From NCBI GenBank assembly GCA_010405405.1, contig MU004240.1:1374814-1438813 (forward strand): 64,000 bases of DNA, in the 5' to 3' direction. Below the pieces are notes generated by a model that was not told the origin of the DNA, searched no databases, and saw only the letters and a list, made by a program, of their open reading frames with translations. The DNA is from Microthyrium microscopicum. Its lineage: Eukaryota. Below are positions 51,614-64,000 of this stretch, piece after piece. Within the stretch, counting starts at the first letter, position 1, and the number at the start of each line of letters is the position of its first letter. A program made the translations under genes and the position numbers.

Positions 51614-53834
51614 ATGGCCTACGACGACTCTTTTACGTCTCAGTATGTCCCACGTTACTCCGTTGCACAAGTCTTCAAGTCAGAAACTAACAATTTAGTC
51701 CCTACGAGACAACAACTATCGTTCTTCCAACCCGCCGATTCTTTCCTGCCAAAATCCTTATAAAGTGCGTTCTACCAAATACACTCCTCCATTCTTTAAA
51801 GCAAGAGTTAACTCTAATATTTTGCCATGTAGACATTGGCAACTTCGAAATCTAATAAGCTCCGATGAGCCAAACATCATAAATTACGTTTCTCATACAA
51901 AAATCCTGCGCCTCGATCTCAACACAAATAAAGTCTCCTTAATTGTAGATCTTGCCAAAGTTATCGACTTTTCTCCCGAACTTGCCTTTACTCCCCGATG
52001 CTCCGCTTCTGGCTACGGGTGGATATGTGTAGGCGGAGAGGATGGCGGTCTCATTGCCATCATCAATATCAACGCGCATACTTCTGATGCTGCCGATGTT
52101 GATGAACAGCTCCCTATCGACTTTGACCGTCGGACAGATCGCACTCGGCCAGCTACAGTTCGACTGGATAGTGTAGGATCATCTATCATCAACTCTATCA
52201 ACATATATAAAATAAAAGGGAATCCGAAAGCCCGCATCCAGGATGATGTGGTGGCGGTATTAACAAACAACGACCACACAGTGCGGGTATTATCCCTCTC
52301 AGAAGGCATAGAAACGGCATGTTTGGACGTGGAATTTCCAGTCAATCATGCGACGATATCTCCGGATGGCGAGACTCTGGTGGCAGTTGGCGATCATCAA
52401 CAGGCGTACTTCTTTGAAAAGATTATGCTAGATCCATATGAGTCAAAAATATCTACGGCCAATTATGCTTCAAGTCATTGTAGATGGGTTCTCTTGAACA
52501 TTGCCAAACTTCATGTTCCACGACGATCAGGCATCAGTGGCTATTTCTCGACTGCGTGGTCATCATCTAGTGCGCTCTGTGCGGTAGCATCAGAAAATGG
52601 TTACGTAAGTATTCTTGACATGAACAAGATACGAGCAGGAGCAAGCGGAGAGGATGCACTAATTACCGTCGTATCATCGACGAGGCCAGACTCCGACCCA
52701 GGCCCAGGATCGATAAGAACTTTACACTTCTGTCCCAATCCATGGGAACTGCTTATATGGACCGAAGGAAGGGACCGAATCTGCGTCGCAGACTTGCGCT
52801 ATTTACTGAATTCTAGACAAGTCCTCCATCTCCGCCCAGATGCCGCAAACACAAGCGAAATCAAGGTGGAAAGAGGAAAGGGAACAGAGCCTGCAACTAT
52901 TCGACCTTCGGACTACGATCCCGCATCGGGAGCAGCTCAGTTTATACGACGCCTTCGCCAAAACAGAGAAAGCGTTGTTGTTGAAGCCACTCCCCATTCA
53001 GAAGATCGATCATCCAGATCCGGTTCGCGGCGACGCGTCGTCCGCCTCCTCCGCAACGCCGACTCCATATCTCCCGACAGCGCAGATGCTGAGGCTGCTA
53101 TCGAAGGTCTTGATTTTGATGAACGCATGATACTCGAAGTCTTGCGCACCGCCACCCATTCTTCCGACTCCACGACCGCTGGCACAACTACTGCTCCTCC
53201 TCGCAGCATTCGGTACCGGCGCTCTGAACTCGAAGCCAGTGAATCCGGCACCCGCGAGCGCGAAGACGTCCGCGACGCGCTGAATATCGCACTTCGTAGG
53301 CACCGTGGTGACAGCGAACGCTTCCACCCACACTCCCTCCCACGCCGGCAATCCTCCATCGTCATCTCTACAGACGATGGCCAGCCGGCCTCGACAAGCG
53401 GTCGCTCCTGGGCGGAACTGCGCGCCGAATTGCTGCCAACTGAGAATAGCAGTCGCAGTCAAACACGAGCTGCGCGCCTGTCTGGCGATCGCTGGCCGAA
53501 TGCGCTGCCAGTTGATATAAACGAGCGGCTTCGACGCACGCGACGTGAAGACGAAGAGCTTGGGCTGGGAGACAACCGAAGAGTACAACGAGCCCGCGAG
53601 CGAGAAGCGCGGCTGCGTGAGAGATATCGTCTAACGAGCCAGGACCAGCACTTGCTCCGGCTATCTGCGGTCAACCACCGGGCAGATGGCGAAGAAGCGT
53701 CTGGTATCATGTCTGCAGGCTTGGTGATCAGTCCAGATGGCCAGACATTTTGGGCGGGGAGCGAAAAGGGGATCTTTGAGTTTAAATTGAATATGCGCCA
53801 TCTCATGAGCTTTCCTGGCATTGAAGCGCGATGA
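51614..53834 (+). CDS. WD40-repeat protein of the DUF2415-associated family, 3 exons
   Basis: ATG 51614, introns 51643-51698 and 51765-51832 give MAYDDSF...KHWQLRNLIS in frame. Family-typical motifs HWQLR, NND, VNHATISPDG..LVAVGD, FSTAWS and WTEG. Confidence 0.88.
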
Positions 53835-54252
53835 GGAACGAGAGCTATATTGCTCCACCTTATGACTCTGTACCACGATGATGGGGACTGTTGAAATGGA
53901 AAGATGAGGTGACCTTTGGATTTATTTGTTGAACGTTATGCTGAGATGTCGATTATGTCCTTTTTGGAACAATGAAATATCAACTTGGCTGTGTCTATAT
54001 CTAGCTGATAGTATCAAGTATAAGATCAGAATGAAATATGTCGATTTTGCTGAGTGATTTACGTCACCTTGTTATAACTGATATCAACAACTGCAGGTTT
54101 TCTGTCAGGTTTCAGCGGCGCTGTAACCACTAATTGGGTTACTGGATCTACGTCTACGATTTTACCTGAATTGTGGAAGTCAAGATACTGAGAGTCTCTG
54201 CCAGTGTTACGGCCGCGGAAAGACGATATCAATTCCGCCTGAGTTCTCGATG

Positions 54253-57200
54253 GGCTAATTCTAGGGAGCGCTAGCACTTTTGCTACTTGGCGCTAGCATT
54301 TTTGCTACTTGGCGCTAAACTAATATGGCGCTCTAGGCTATGCCTAAATAGGAAATAAATATAGAAATATTAGTATTAGTCTATTAGTCAAAAAGCAGGT
54401 TTAGAAGAAGTATAAAATATTAAAGCTTTTACTATAGATAAAGCCTATAGGACTAGTTTAGAAGATTAACTCCTATAATAGCGATTTTATACCTAAAATA
54501 CGCTTATAAAGAGATCTATCTTTTCTATATCCTATTATTATTTTTATATCCTTCTATAGCTATTCTATATCCTATCTTAACCCTATTTTTAGTATTTCTA
54601 TGTTTGCTAACCTGTAGGTCTAAAGGAAGGTTATTTCTATGGCTTCTTTATATCTTTTAGCTCTAATTATACCTTATTCTTAGATTTAATAGGTCTTCTT
54701 TACTTCTTTAGAGAAGGAACTAGTATTATAGTAGTTAAAGTAGTAGTAACGCTAGATTATAAAGTAATCTTAGTTGTAGTAACTATAGGTGTAGGAATTA
54801 AAGCTAGAGTAGCTACTAAAGCTAAAGATACTACTTCTATAGTAGCTAATACCTATTATAATCTCTTAATCTTATCTTCTTATTAATTAACCTTCTCTTA
54901 AAGCGCTCTATTAGATAGAGGGCTTATACGGTTTATATAGTAGCGTTTAAGTGCTAAATCTTTATCTTTAGAGCTGCTTAAGCTACTAGAATTTAAGGAT
55001 AGTTCTATAACTTTAGGCGTGTTAGTAGTATTCTTTTTAGTAGAGGGATCTTTAAGAGGTATAATATTAAACTAATTAAGCTCTTATAGTAGCATTTAGC
55101 TATTATATTCTTAAAGATTAAGATATTCTTACTATAAGAGTTCTAGAGTATTGTAAGCTTCTTATTCTTCTTTAGAATTAAGTTCTTTAAGTTAATTATT
55201 ACGGCGTTAGTAGTTTCTATAGCGTTTACGCCATTTGGCGTGTATCTTATTGTATTAAGCTATTGTAGTATCTAATTTACGTATAATATTCTTTATTCGT
55301 TAACGTCCTTCTATAATATCCTAAGCTTATCGTTAAGCATTAATTACTTGCTTCTTAGCCTAAGATATCTATAATGTCTCTTACTTTGTAGATTATGCTA
55401 ACACTATAGTATTAGTAATATCGTAAGATGCTAGCATAGGAATCTCATTTATAGAGAGGATTTAACCTAAAGGGGCCGTTAGACGTCTATTAGGCTAAGA
55501 ATAAGGCTAAGATCCTAAAGGACGTCTACTACTTAATATATATTAAGGAAGTAAAATCCGTGCTAGTAGAGCTAGTAGAGGTAGATCTAGACTAATAGGA
55601 AGCTTTAGATCTTTGAGATGTTCTTCTTTTGCGACTCTAGACTTAATTTAATCATAGTACTAATGCGTATTAATATCTTGCTTCTAGATTTGTTATTTAT
55701 TATTATAAAAGAGGTGCTATTTAATAGTATAGCTATAGAGTAATCTAAAGGTCTTAGTAAAGGTATTTAAGCATTCTAATAGTAGTATTTTACTAGATTC
55801 TTTGCTTTTAAACTTCTTATATTGCTTTGCTACTATTTTTAATACATGTAAGCTAACGTAGTAGATAAATGAAGAGTAAAGAATAGGAAGATGCTTACCT
55901 TTTAAGATAGGATTCTTACGATTAGTATCCTTCTTTACTTATTTACGTAACTTCTTAACTATATTGCAGATATAAAGTAGTATTAAATTAACTACTTTAA
56001 GTAAGTCGTTATTTAAAGTAATTTATTCCTTTAGAGCTTTGTAAAGTCCTTCTAATGGCGATGTTATTATAACATTAAAATGTTTAAAAAGATGCGTAAA
56101 AGCATAGCATAGTTCTTATTTATATAGTATCTAGATATCTTAAAGGTATTTAATAAATTAAAGGCCCTTAGCGTTAGTGAATTAGGTTTTAAGGGTATTT
56201 TAGGTAGTATCTAGAGCTTACTTAGTAGGGGCGTTGATTATCTGCAAAATTATTAGTAAAATGACTATTAGAAGAGCTAAATTTGGCTAACCTCTTGCTA
56301 TATTAAAATTGCTAAATCCTAAAGCTTCTAAGCATTATTTTGAGCATCTTGACTTAATATATAATCTATAGTTTACTATATCTCTTTAACCTTTAATTTA
56401 ATATTCTTATTATAGTGGTATTAATAGACTAGTTACTAAATAGGAATAGTAGTCTTTAGCGCGTTCTTTAGCGCTTAATAGCTATTAGTAAGAATAACGT
56501 TTAGAAGCTTTATATTTTGTCTATCTTGTAATAACTCGTTAAATATTTCTAATGCCTATTAATATTCTCCTTTATCTTTACCTATTATAAAACAAAACGC
56601 TACTAAGAAGAATCTATATATAGAATTTAAAGCACTAATATAGAGAAGTGGCATTTTATAATAGTTAGTTTAGTATATTGCATTAAATAGTAGGACGTCT
56701 AGATGAGCGTAATAAAGGGCAATTTAATCTTTTGTAGTAATAAAGAGGCTCTTTAAACGATTCTTAGAGTCTAGATAGAATAATAAGATAATTTTATTAT
56801 ATTATTATAGCTTATTAAGAAGCGCTTCTAATAGTGTACGGCCTACTAATCGTTTAATTCAATTAGCCTAATTAGCATTATAGATATTCTTTATCTTAAG
56901 GTTAACGCTAGGAAATTTATCCTTAATTTTAGAGAGAATCTACTATAGCTTAGTATTTAATTTATAGAGAGAATTAATCTCTTTACGCAGGTTATTAATA
57001 TTTATATTATATTAGTAATAACTAGCAATAGTAGAAGTAGCAATTAGAGGGTATATATAATCATTTTTAATAATTAATTCCTATGGCTTTTAATATGCGA
57101 GATAAGGTTATATAAGTTAATTTAGAGTCTTACGAATTATAATTTTAAAGGAATAACTATCTTTTATAGTTTTAATAGTTTAAATTCCTTAAGATTACGA

Positions 57201-57683
57201 CATAAGTACCTCCTCTTTATTATATTTTATATAAATATTTCGTACTTTAGCGTTAGTAACGTTGGAAGGTAATTTTGATTTGCGTTTTATACTATAGCCG
57301 TGTATCTGTGTATGATTATGAATTAATTCTTACGCCTCTTCCTAAGTATTAAAGTAGATATTTGTAGGATGTTTTTGGATTAGTTCGTAGTCTATAGTTT
57401 GTTAGTAGGATTATAGTAGTAGGTAGTTAAAGATGTGGTGGTGAGGACTTAAAGACTTGAGGACTTGAAATAATATAATGAGGTGAAGTTAGATGTTTGA
57501 CGCTAGTGAATAGATTTTGTGAAAGTATTACTATATTAGGTTAGGTTGTAGGGTTAGGGCGGGGCGTCTTACTTATTCTAGCTTAGGGCGCTATAATATT
57601 ACGGATCTGGTATAGCTCTGGCGCCAAGTAGCAAAAGTGCTGGCGCTCCCTAGCAAAAGTGCTGGCGCTCCCTAGAATTAGCC
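54253..57683 (-). mobile_element. Complete RIPed Mutator-like (MULE) DNA transposon, 3431 bp
   Basis: TIRs GGCTAATTCTAGGGAGCGC... / ...GCGCTCCCTAGAATTAGCC (~63 bp with an internal 22-bp duplication). Perfect 9-bp TSD TTCTCGATG at 54244-54252 and 57684-57692. Minus-strand de-RIPed MULE motifs: HNH (~57315), EYxWAL (~56550), VILTD...ALKNA (~56460-56497), LxCxYHxNKN (~56402-56431), TSPLEGLHKALK (~56030-56066). Confidence 0.92.
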
Positions 57684-58705
57684 TTCTCGATGTGCTATCT
57701 TCTAATTGCTGCCGTATTTAAAGCTAAATACCGCTCTTATCAAAATGATTGATCGGGAACACGGCCCGTCCTGGAGCAGAAGGGTTACACAAAGCCCTTC
57801 TCTCGAAGCGAAGGAGAAGACAATCAGCATGGGTGAGCGATATGATTGCCCATAGGTTACCATGGAAGTTTTCTCGAACGTCTGTTAGATTGATGACTTT
57901 CCTCTTCAACACACGACTCGTGTACATTTCTGGTTTTCAAAGGCCCTCTTGACCCTTCCACAAGTGTCTGCAAACCTTGTGTCTGAAAGTATTGCCGAGC
58001 TCATCTCCTCAGCGCATATATCATGGCACTTCACGTCAATCCAGATCTGGCGACTTGTGGAGATGAGAACAAGGCATACGTTTGGTCGACGTCAGATTGG
58101 CCAATGGTCGAAACCCCTTTACGCATAATTCAGCCTAATATATCTTATAGGAGGCAAACATATCAACTCAATGTCAAATACTGTGCCCGTCGGAGGGAAG
58201 AACCCTTAACAAGATCAACATCTCGTATTCAGCCTCCATCCTAGATGCCGTTACCAGCTCCCGTGTACCGGAACGAACCATGCCATCATCCAAAATGCGG
58301 AATCTTTGCATTACTGTGCGGCGCAGAAGAAACACTTCTGTTCTGATTCCTCCCAATCCAACTATCTTGAAATAACATGCCTGCTTTTACCCCAGTTCAA
58401 CGGCTGCAGTTACTCCGCAAGGCTGGACTTTGATGCAACATGAGAGAAAGCCCTCGAAGTTACGCCCCATAATGTATCGGAAGACTGTTTAAATACTACG
58501 ACAATCCCGTTCGCCGCACTCCCGTGGTACTGGTTTAACCTTGCCAGAACCGCGCAATGCGGAGATCGTCTTTCCCCTACGCAGTCCAGTTTACCAGAAT
58601 ACTCTGGATGATTCCGTTCACGATCATTGTTGTCGAGCTTCTTTGAGCTCATCGCTGGGCTTGTATCATCCTTATAATCGAATAGATGTCCCAGTGACGA
58701 GCGGT

Positions 58706-60011
58706 ATGGGTAGTCTCAGCATACGCGATGCTCCTATTTCGAACAATTCGCCAGTCACTATGGCAACGCTACCTCCTTCTTCTGGGGGCAAGTCACTGCT
58801 AATATGTGGTTCCATATTCGCAGTTCTCTGTACGATTTGGATGGTACTGAGAATGTATTCTCGAAAAGTTAGGAACACATGTATATATGCTGAGGATTGG
58901 CTGGTTTTGGCTGCTCTGGTAAATATACTAAACTGGCACTTATACACTGTACCTTTTACGACTAACGTCGATTAGATATTTTATTATGCACTCCTTGTCA
59001 ACATATTCTACCGTGAGTGCTCTTCAATATAATAGGGATACAGAGGTACTAACTGCTCGGAAGTCGTGATTGCAGCAGGACTTGGCCATCATGATGTTGA
59101 CATACCGCCTCATATGATCATTACCCTCATAAAGGTTAATATCACTTTCGTCTTCGGGCCTACAAACTAAGATGACTATAGTTCTCCATCCCACTAAACA
59201 CCCTCTTCACCCTCTCCCTAGGCCTCGTCAAATGCAGCGTAAGCTTACCTCTCTTCCCCCCGTCCCCTGAACCACAACACCCATCACCACCTTCAAACCG
59301 ACGTAACCAAACTCCTACCATCCCAATACCCTCCTCAAACACACCTACCCACTAACCAAGCCACCCAGATCTGCCTAACCCTCTCCCGCATATTCTTCAT
59401 GCCCCCCTACAAACAACTCGCCCTCCTCAGCCTCCTCCTCGCCATCTTCTGGACCACCGCCGCCATAATCGTAATCTTCGCCACCTGCCGCCCCGTCTCC
59501 GCCCTCTGGAACCCCCTTACCCCCGGCGCCGTCTGCAGCGACACCAACCGCGCGATCTTCGCGACAAACTGTGCAGATATCGTGCTTGATGCGCTTATCG
59601 TGGTGTTGCCATTACCTGTGATTATACGCCTCCAGGTGCCACGGGCAAATAAAATTGCGTTGGTGTTTCTGTTTGCGCTCGGATTGATGTAAGTGTTCCT
59701 ATATCAAGTGTGCGGAGGTGGAAGTGTGGCTAATGGTATGGGTGATGTATAGAACGATTGGCGCGGGTGTATTAAGGGCTGTGGCGTTGGCGAAGTTGCA
59801 GACGGATATTGCGTTTGATATGGTGGCGCCGGAGCTGTTTTGTGTTTGTCAGGTGGGTATTGCGATCTTTATTGCGAATAGTACGGTTATTCGGCCGGTG
59901 TTTGATCGGATTTTTGGTAGGTGGAGGTGTGCGTCGGAGAATACGTGTCCGAGATATCCGGTTTCAAAGTCGAGTGATCCGGATGCGAGGTTGCCTGCTG
60001 GTCAGGTTTGA
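58706..60011 (+). CDS. PTH11-like integral membrane protein (fungal rhodopsin-like GPCR domain, no CFEM seen), multi-exon
   Basis: LRMYSR....YAEDWLVLAAL, AGLGHH, CRPVSALWNP...AVC, DIVLDALIVVLPLPVI.RLQVPRANKIAL..LF and GVLR motifs spread over exons with several GT-AG introns (e.g. 58919-58975, 59688-59751). Start may be 58706 or 58760. Confidence 0.85.
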
Positions 60012-60909
60012 AAGGGGGGATTTATCTGGAGCTTGGAAGGTAAAGGTTCGAAGGACTTCGAGTCGTGCTTCCGGGTGAGAGGATTACTACTACATTGTAC
60101 TCTCCTATGGAACGCCGAAGTAGTTCACAATCCACCTCCAAGGTCATCGGCAGCAATGTCCACGGCAAGCGCAGTCGACGCGTCTTCTGGACCAGGTTGG
60201 AGCAAAAGGCATGTCCAAACATATGGATGGCGGGTGACTTCAGGTCAGTCACTAAACACTGCTCAGTACTACCCCTTTCGAGAGATAGGAATCACGGTCT
60301 AACAAAGATACAGAATATCTCCAAGGACGGCTGTAGGTCGTAGAGACCACTCTACACATAGCCCAAGTCACTACAAGCTGAAAGGGCTGAAGTGCTATAC
60401 CACATGTAATATGTCGTATTGAGCCAAGATACTGGACATTGAGACTACATGGATAGGTAGTAATACCAAGGTAGGATGGTTAGGAGTCAAAGTACTCCAT
60501 AGAGATATCTCACGTTAGGAGTGTCACCAACAGTCAAATAACCGAAATATAAAGTCTATTATTCCACTACCGACCGCTCCACCATCAGGGTCAAAGCCCA
60601 TCTTGCGATCCGAATCTATTTACCAACAATGTTGCATGGTAAGAGCAAGCAAACCAACACCTAACGCGGAAATAAGGTAGATGAAAGACAAGAAGAAAAA
60701 GTACCATAGGAAAAGAAGATGTATAGCGTAGTAAACAGGTATGTGGTCTAGAGCAAAGAAAACAAACGACAAGATAAGAATAAAACGGATTCCCCCTTGC
60801 CCCAAAAATGTAACAAAAACGCCGGCTAAAACTCCCGACTTTCGCTATCAACCTAATCAAGCGATATTTTTGTAAGACCGACAAAAAATCAATATGCAAT
60901 TGGTGCTGC

Positions 60910-63900
60910 TTATAGATGCGAGACAGCAATAGCGACGACTTGCTCGTCAGTGTGGCTGATACTGACGGTTACTGACTTGACGCCAGCTTGAGCTGCAGCG
61001 GATTTGGCATTGCCGTGAAGCTAGAGGAAATGTTAGTAAACTTTTCAAAATATATGTGGTAAGGAGTTCTTACAGTGACAATGGGTGAGCCATTCTCATC
61101 CCGACCGATTTCAATATCCTTTAATGGGGCTCCGGCACCTTGACTGGCAACACCAAGAGACTTGAAAACAGCCTCCTTTGCAGACCAGCGACCAGCAAAG
61201 CTAGCCTGAGGATTGGGTGCCTTGGAGCAGTATGCTTGCTCGCCGGCAGTAAAGTTGCGCTCAAGGAAAGTATTGTTGGCAACATTGACAGCATTGACAA
61301 GCTCAATATCCACACCAACACGCGAGTTGGCTGAGGCTTGAGCTTTGGCAAGAGACTCAACCATAGTCTTTGTCTCCTGAAGCTTCTTGGATTCTGCAGC
61401 TGAAGGCTTGGATGTAGCGGCATAGGCATACTTGTCGGTCTTGGGGTTTAGTGTAACACGAGCAGATGGGTTTAGGAAAACCTTGCCCTGTTGACCGTCT
61501 TCGTATGGTGCCTTGTCCTTGGCGCGGAAGAGGGTGTTGTTAATGAATCCGTCATGGAAGTATCGGTAGGCCTTCTTTTGGCGAGCATCGACCTTGACCT
61601 TGTACTTCTCAAAGACATCTCGTTCGAGAGTAGCAAAAAGATACTTGGGGTGGATACCAATTGCTTGGGCACCCTTTTGTCCGAAACCGAAAGAAGTGAC
61701 ACTGAAAGCCTTGATGCCATCGGTCTGGATGGTTTGACTTGGGTAAACGATGTAGTCAAATTTCTCCATGGCGGCATCGATGTTGTCAGCATTGCGATTA
61801 CCAGGTACGATACCAGAATTGAGGACTTGCAAGGCGCCGTTCATCATCCAAGCACCGGCAGCACCCTTTGGATGACCAGTCAAGAACTTTTGGAAGATAC
61901 CAAGGATAGCATTGCCCTTGGTGCGACCAAGATGTTTCATTTGTTGGCAAATGACATCAGATTCGTTCTTGTCGTTGGCCATGGTGGATGTGCCGTGGAA
62001 AGAAGCAACGTCGAGATCATCAATAGTCAAACCCCATGTTGCGAGGGCTCCACGTAGAGGAGCAATGCGAGGATCACTCTTCCAGAAATTGTTTCCAAGA
62101 GTGTAAAGAGCATCCTTTTCTTGTCGCTTAGCTTCCTCTCCAATGTGTGTAGCGCGCTCTTGCATGAAGGCCTCTTCGTCGAAAGCTTCACCTTCAGTCT
62201 TCATAGCGGCAAGCTCTTCTTGAAGATATAACAGCTCTGACTCTTGCCATTGCTTGATCTGTTTGCGTCGGAGATCAAGTTGTCGCTTTCGGTACTTGAT
62301 GTCAAGAAGAGGAGATGGGAATTTGCTTGCATCTTCACGGGCGGTGGTGAGAATACCTTGGCCTGGAGCAGGCACAGAGCGCCCAATTTTGTCAGTGGCA
62401 GTGGCAGTGAAGCCAATGACACCATAAATTGGTACACCCATATCAAGAGCCAGCTGGGCATCCATGATGACTTGCATACCACAGCCTTGAGATTCCATGA
62501 AACCACTACGAGTAGTGGTATTTGGACGTGACATCTCTGCTGGAGTTCGGCCATGAGCAATTTCGTCCTCAGCATTAGATGTGGCTTTCATGTTGGCAAA
62601 CTCGTATGAGCCTTCCTCCTGGAAATCATCAAAGCCACCAACTAAGCAGATACGAGCCTTGCCTTCGACAATGGTGTCGTAACCAATGTCGACTGATTCA
62701 ACAGACGTGGCGCAAGCACCAACTGGGGTCTTGATAGGTCCAGTGGAGGAGAGTAGAAGCATGTTGACCCAAGCACTCATGGTGTTGATGAAGGACTCTT
62801 GCAGGATATCCTTCTGGAGGGGCTTGTCGAGGAAACGATCCTTGTACATACCACGGAGTGCACTTGTTCCACCGATACCAGAACCGATACAGTTACCGAC
62901 CTGGGAGATGTGAACATATTGGTAGAACTCATAAGGATCCGTGATACCAGATGAGAGAAGAGTCTCAGCAGTGGAGACAAGGACAAACAAGGTAACGGGG
63001 TCGACTTGAGAAATGATATCTTCTGGGACACCGTAGCGGCGAGCGTCCCAACCTGTCGGAATCTGTCCAGCCACGAGGCGGTCAAAGCGGAGAGCCTTTG
63101 GAATGAGAAGGGTAGCGCCTCGCTTGATGCGAACGGTATACTCACCAGTCTCAAGCTCGAAGATCTCGGCCTTGTCACCATGCTCACGGCGGAACTCTTC
63201 AGCGTTCTCCTTGGAGGCCTCAAATGGATCCAGATCCTCCTCGATTTGAACTTCGTGAAGCATTTGCTTCTTCTTTGGGTCGTATCCGTTGAACAACTCG
63301 GGCTCAATGAGACGGATACCACTGTGCTCCAAGATTTGCTTCTCGTACTTGGGCTTGATGTCCTTGTCATCAACGGGTGTGCCAGTCTTGGCATCAACCC
63401 AACCGCAGTAAGCACGGCTTTTGATCATTCCATCAAAGTTCTTGATATAACCCATGACCCAGGCCATTTCGATGCAGCCCTCCAAGCTGAACTCGCCAAA
63501 GGCTTCCATTTCCCAACGGGTTCTTGAGTTACCCCATGGTCCGACTTCAGCGAAACCAGTGACAACAACAACCTTTTCAAGATCAACCATGCCCTTGAGA
63601 TTTTCATTGAGAGGCTTGACTTCCTTCTCCCAGTCTGGGACGTTGGGGAAGTCAAACTTAATGTTGGCACGGCGTTGAACAGTCACAGGCTTGTACATCT
63701 GCTCGTACCGTGGACCGTGGACGATGTTGTTCTCAATAGCGGTTTCCTTGACGACCGCCTTGCGAATCTCGCTGGTCTCGGTGTACTTCTTGCGAAGATC
63801 ACCCATGAGATCCTTGAGATTTGGAAGATATTGGAAACCTCCGTTGAGGTCAGCCCATACAGGCTCCATCTGGCACAAGTTGACAATAGGTCCGTCCATG

Positions 63901-64000
63901 AGACCAAGAATGTTGAATGCCATTTCTTGTTGCGAGAAAGTACGGACACCATGGGCTTCAATGCCTTCTGCAACAATGTTGTTTGCACTCATGAGACCGG
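60910..64000 (-). CDS. FAS2: Fatty acid synthase subunit alpha (end of KR, KS and PPT domains); 5' part lies beyond the window
   Basis: KS motifs [23 protein letters not shown] and [11 protein letters not shown] motifs GVDIE and WSAKEAVFK. Final intron 61021-61073, then LHGNAK...[18 protein letters not shown] ending at 60910. Confidence 0.97.

Noticed and set aside
57530..57562. Telomere-like TTAGG/TTAGGG motifs (also AACCT/AACCC at 2550-2730)
   Set aside because: Few, imperfect copies located inside transposon subterminal regions; not a telomere array.
61121..63988. Numerous alternative-frame and antisense ORFs over FAS2 and other genes
   Set aside because: Shadow ORFs expected from codon bias in well-supported genes; no independent evidence.
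58706..64000. Secondary-metabolite cluster around FAS2
   Set aside because: FAS2 looks like the housekeeping enzyme, and no PKS, NRPS or tailoring genes are adjacent within the window.

Overview
Filamentous ascomycete (Pezizomycotina) genomic DNA with a two-compartment structure. Intron-containing genes of ordinary GC content alternate with three very AT-rich blocks (1-2737, ~18570-43860, 54253-57683) that carry the RIP signature: CpA/TpG almost absent, TpA in large excess, no ORFs left. Genes: NADP-dependent alkenal/enone reductase, DUF7053-like protein, SNG1/DUF3533 membrane protein, DUF7514-like protein, a divergent MFS transporter / Zn2Cys6 transcription factor pair, a histidine phosphatase (PGM family), a secreted protein with HH...HxH...M copper-monooxygenase-like ligands, a PRKRIP1 homologue, a Pro/Ser-rich repeat protein, a WD40/DUF2415 protein, a PTH11-like membrane protein and the 3' part of FAS2. 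Reading the RIP blocks with C/G restored resolves them. The central 25-kb block is a three-level nest: a ~10-kb DNA element with a CACTA/EnSpm(Tnp2)-like DDE transposase, interrupted by a minus-strand Ty3/gypsy element (202-bp LTRs, TSD CTCTT), itself interrupted by a plus-strand chromoviral Ty3/gypsy element (227-bp LTRs, TSD AATAA). The right block is a complete MULE with a 9-bp TSD, and the left block is the end of a probable hAT-like element. Also present are an un-RIPed 218-bp TA-flanked MITE and an unexplained six-unit ~150-bp degenerate repeat array (~49.9-50.8 kb). All family calls come from motif recognition by eye; no database searches were run.
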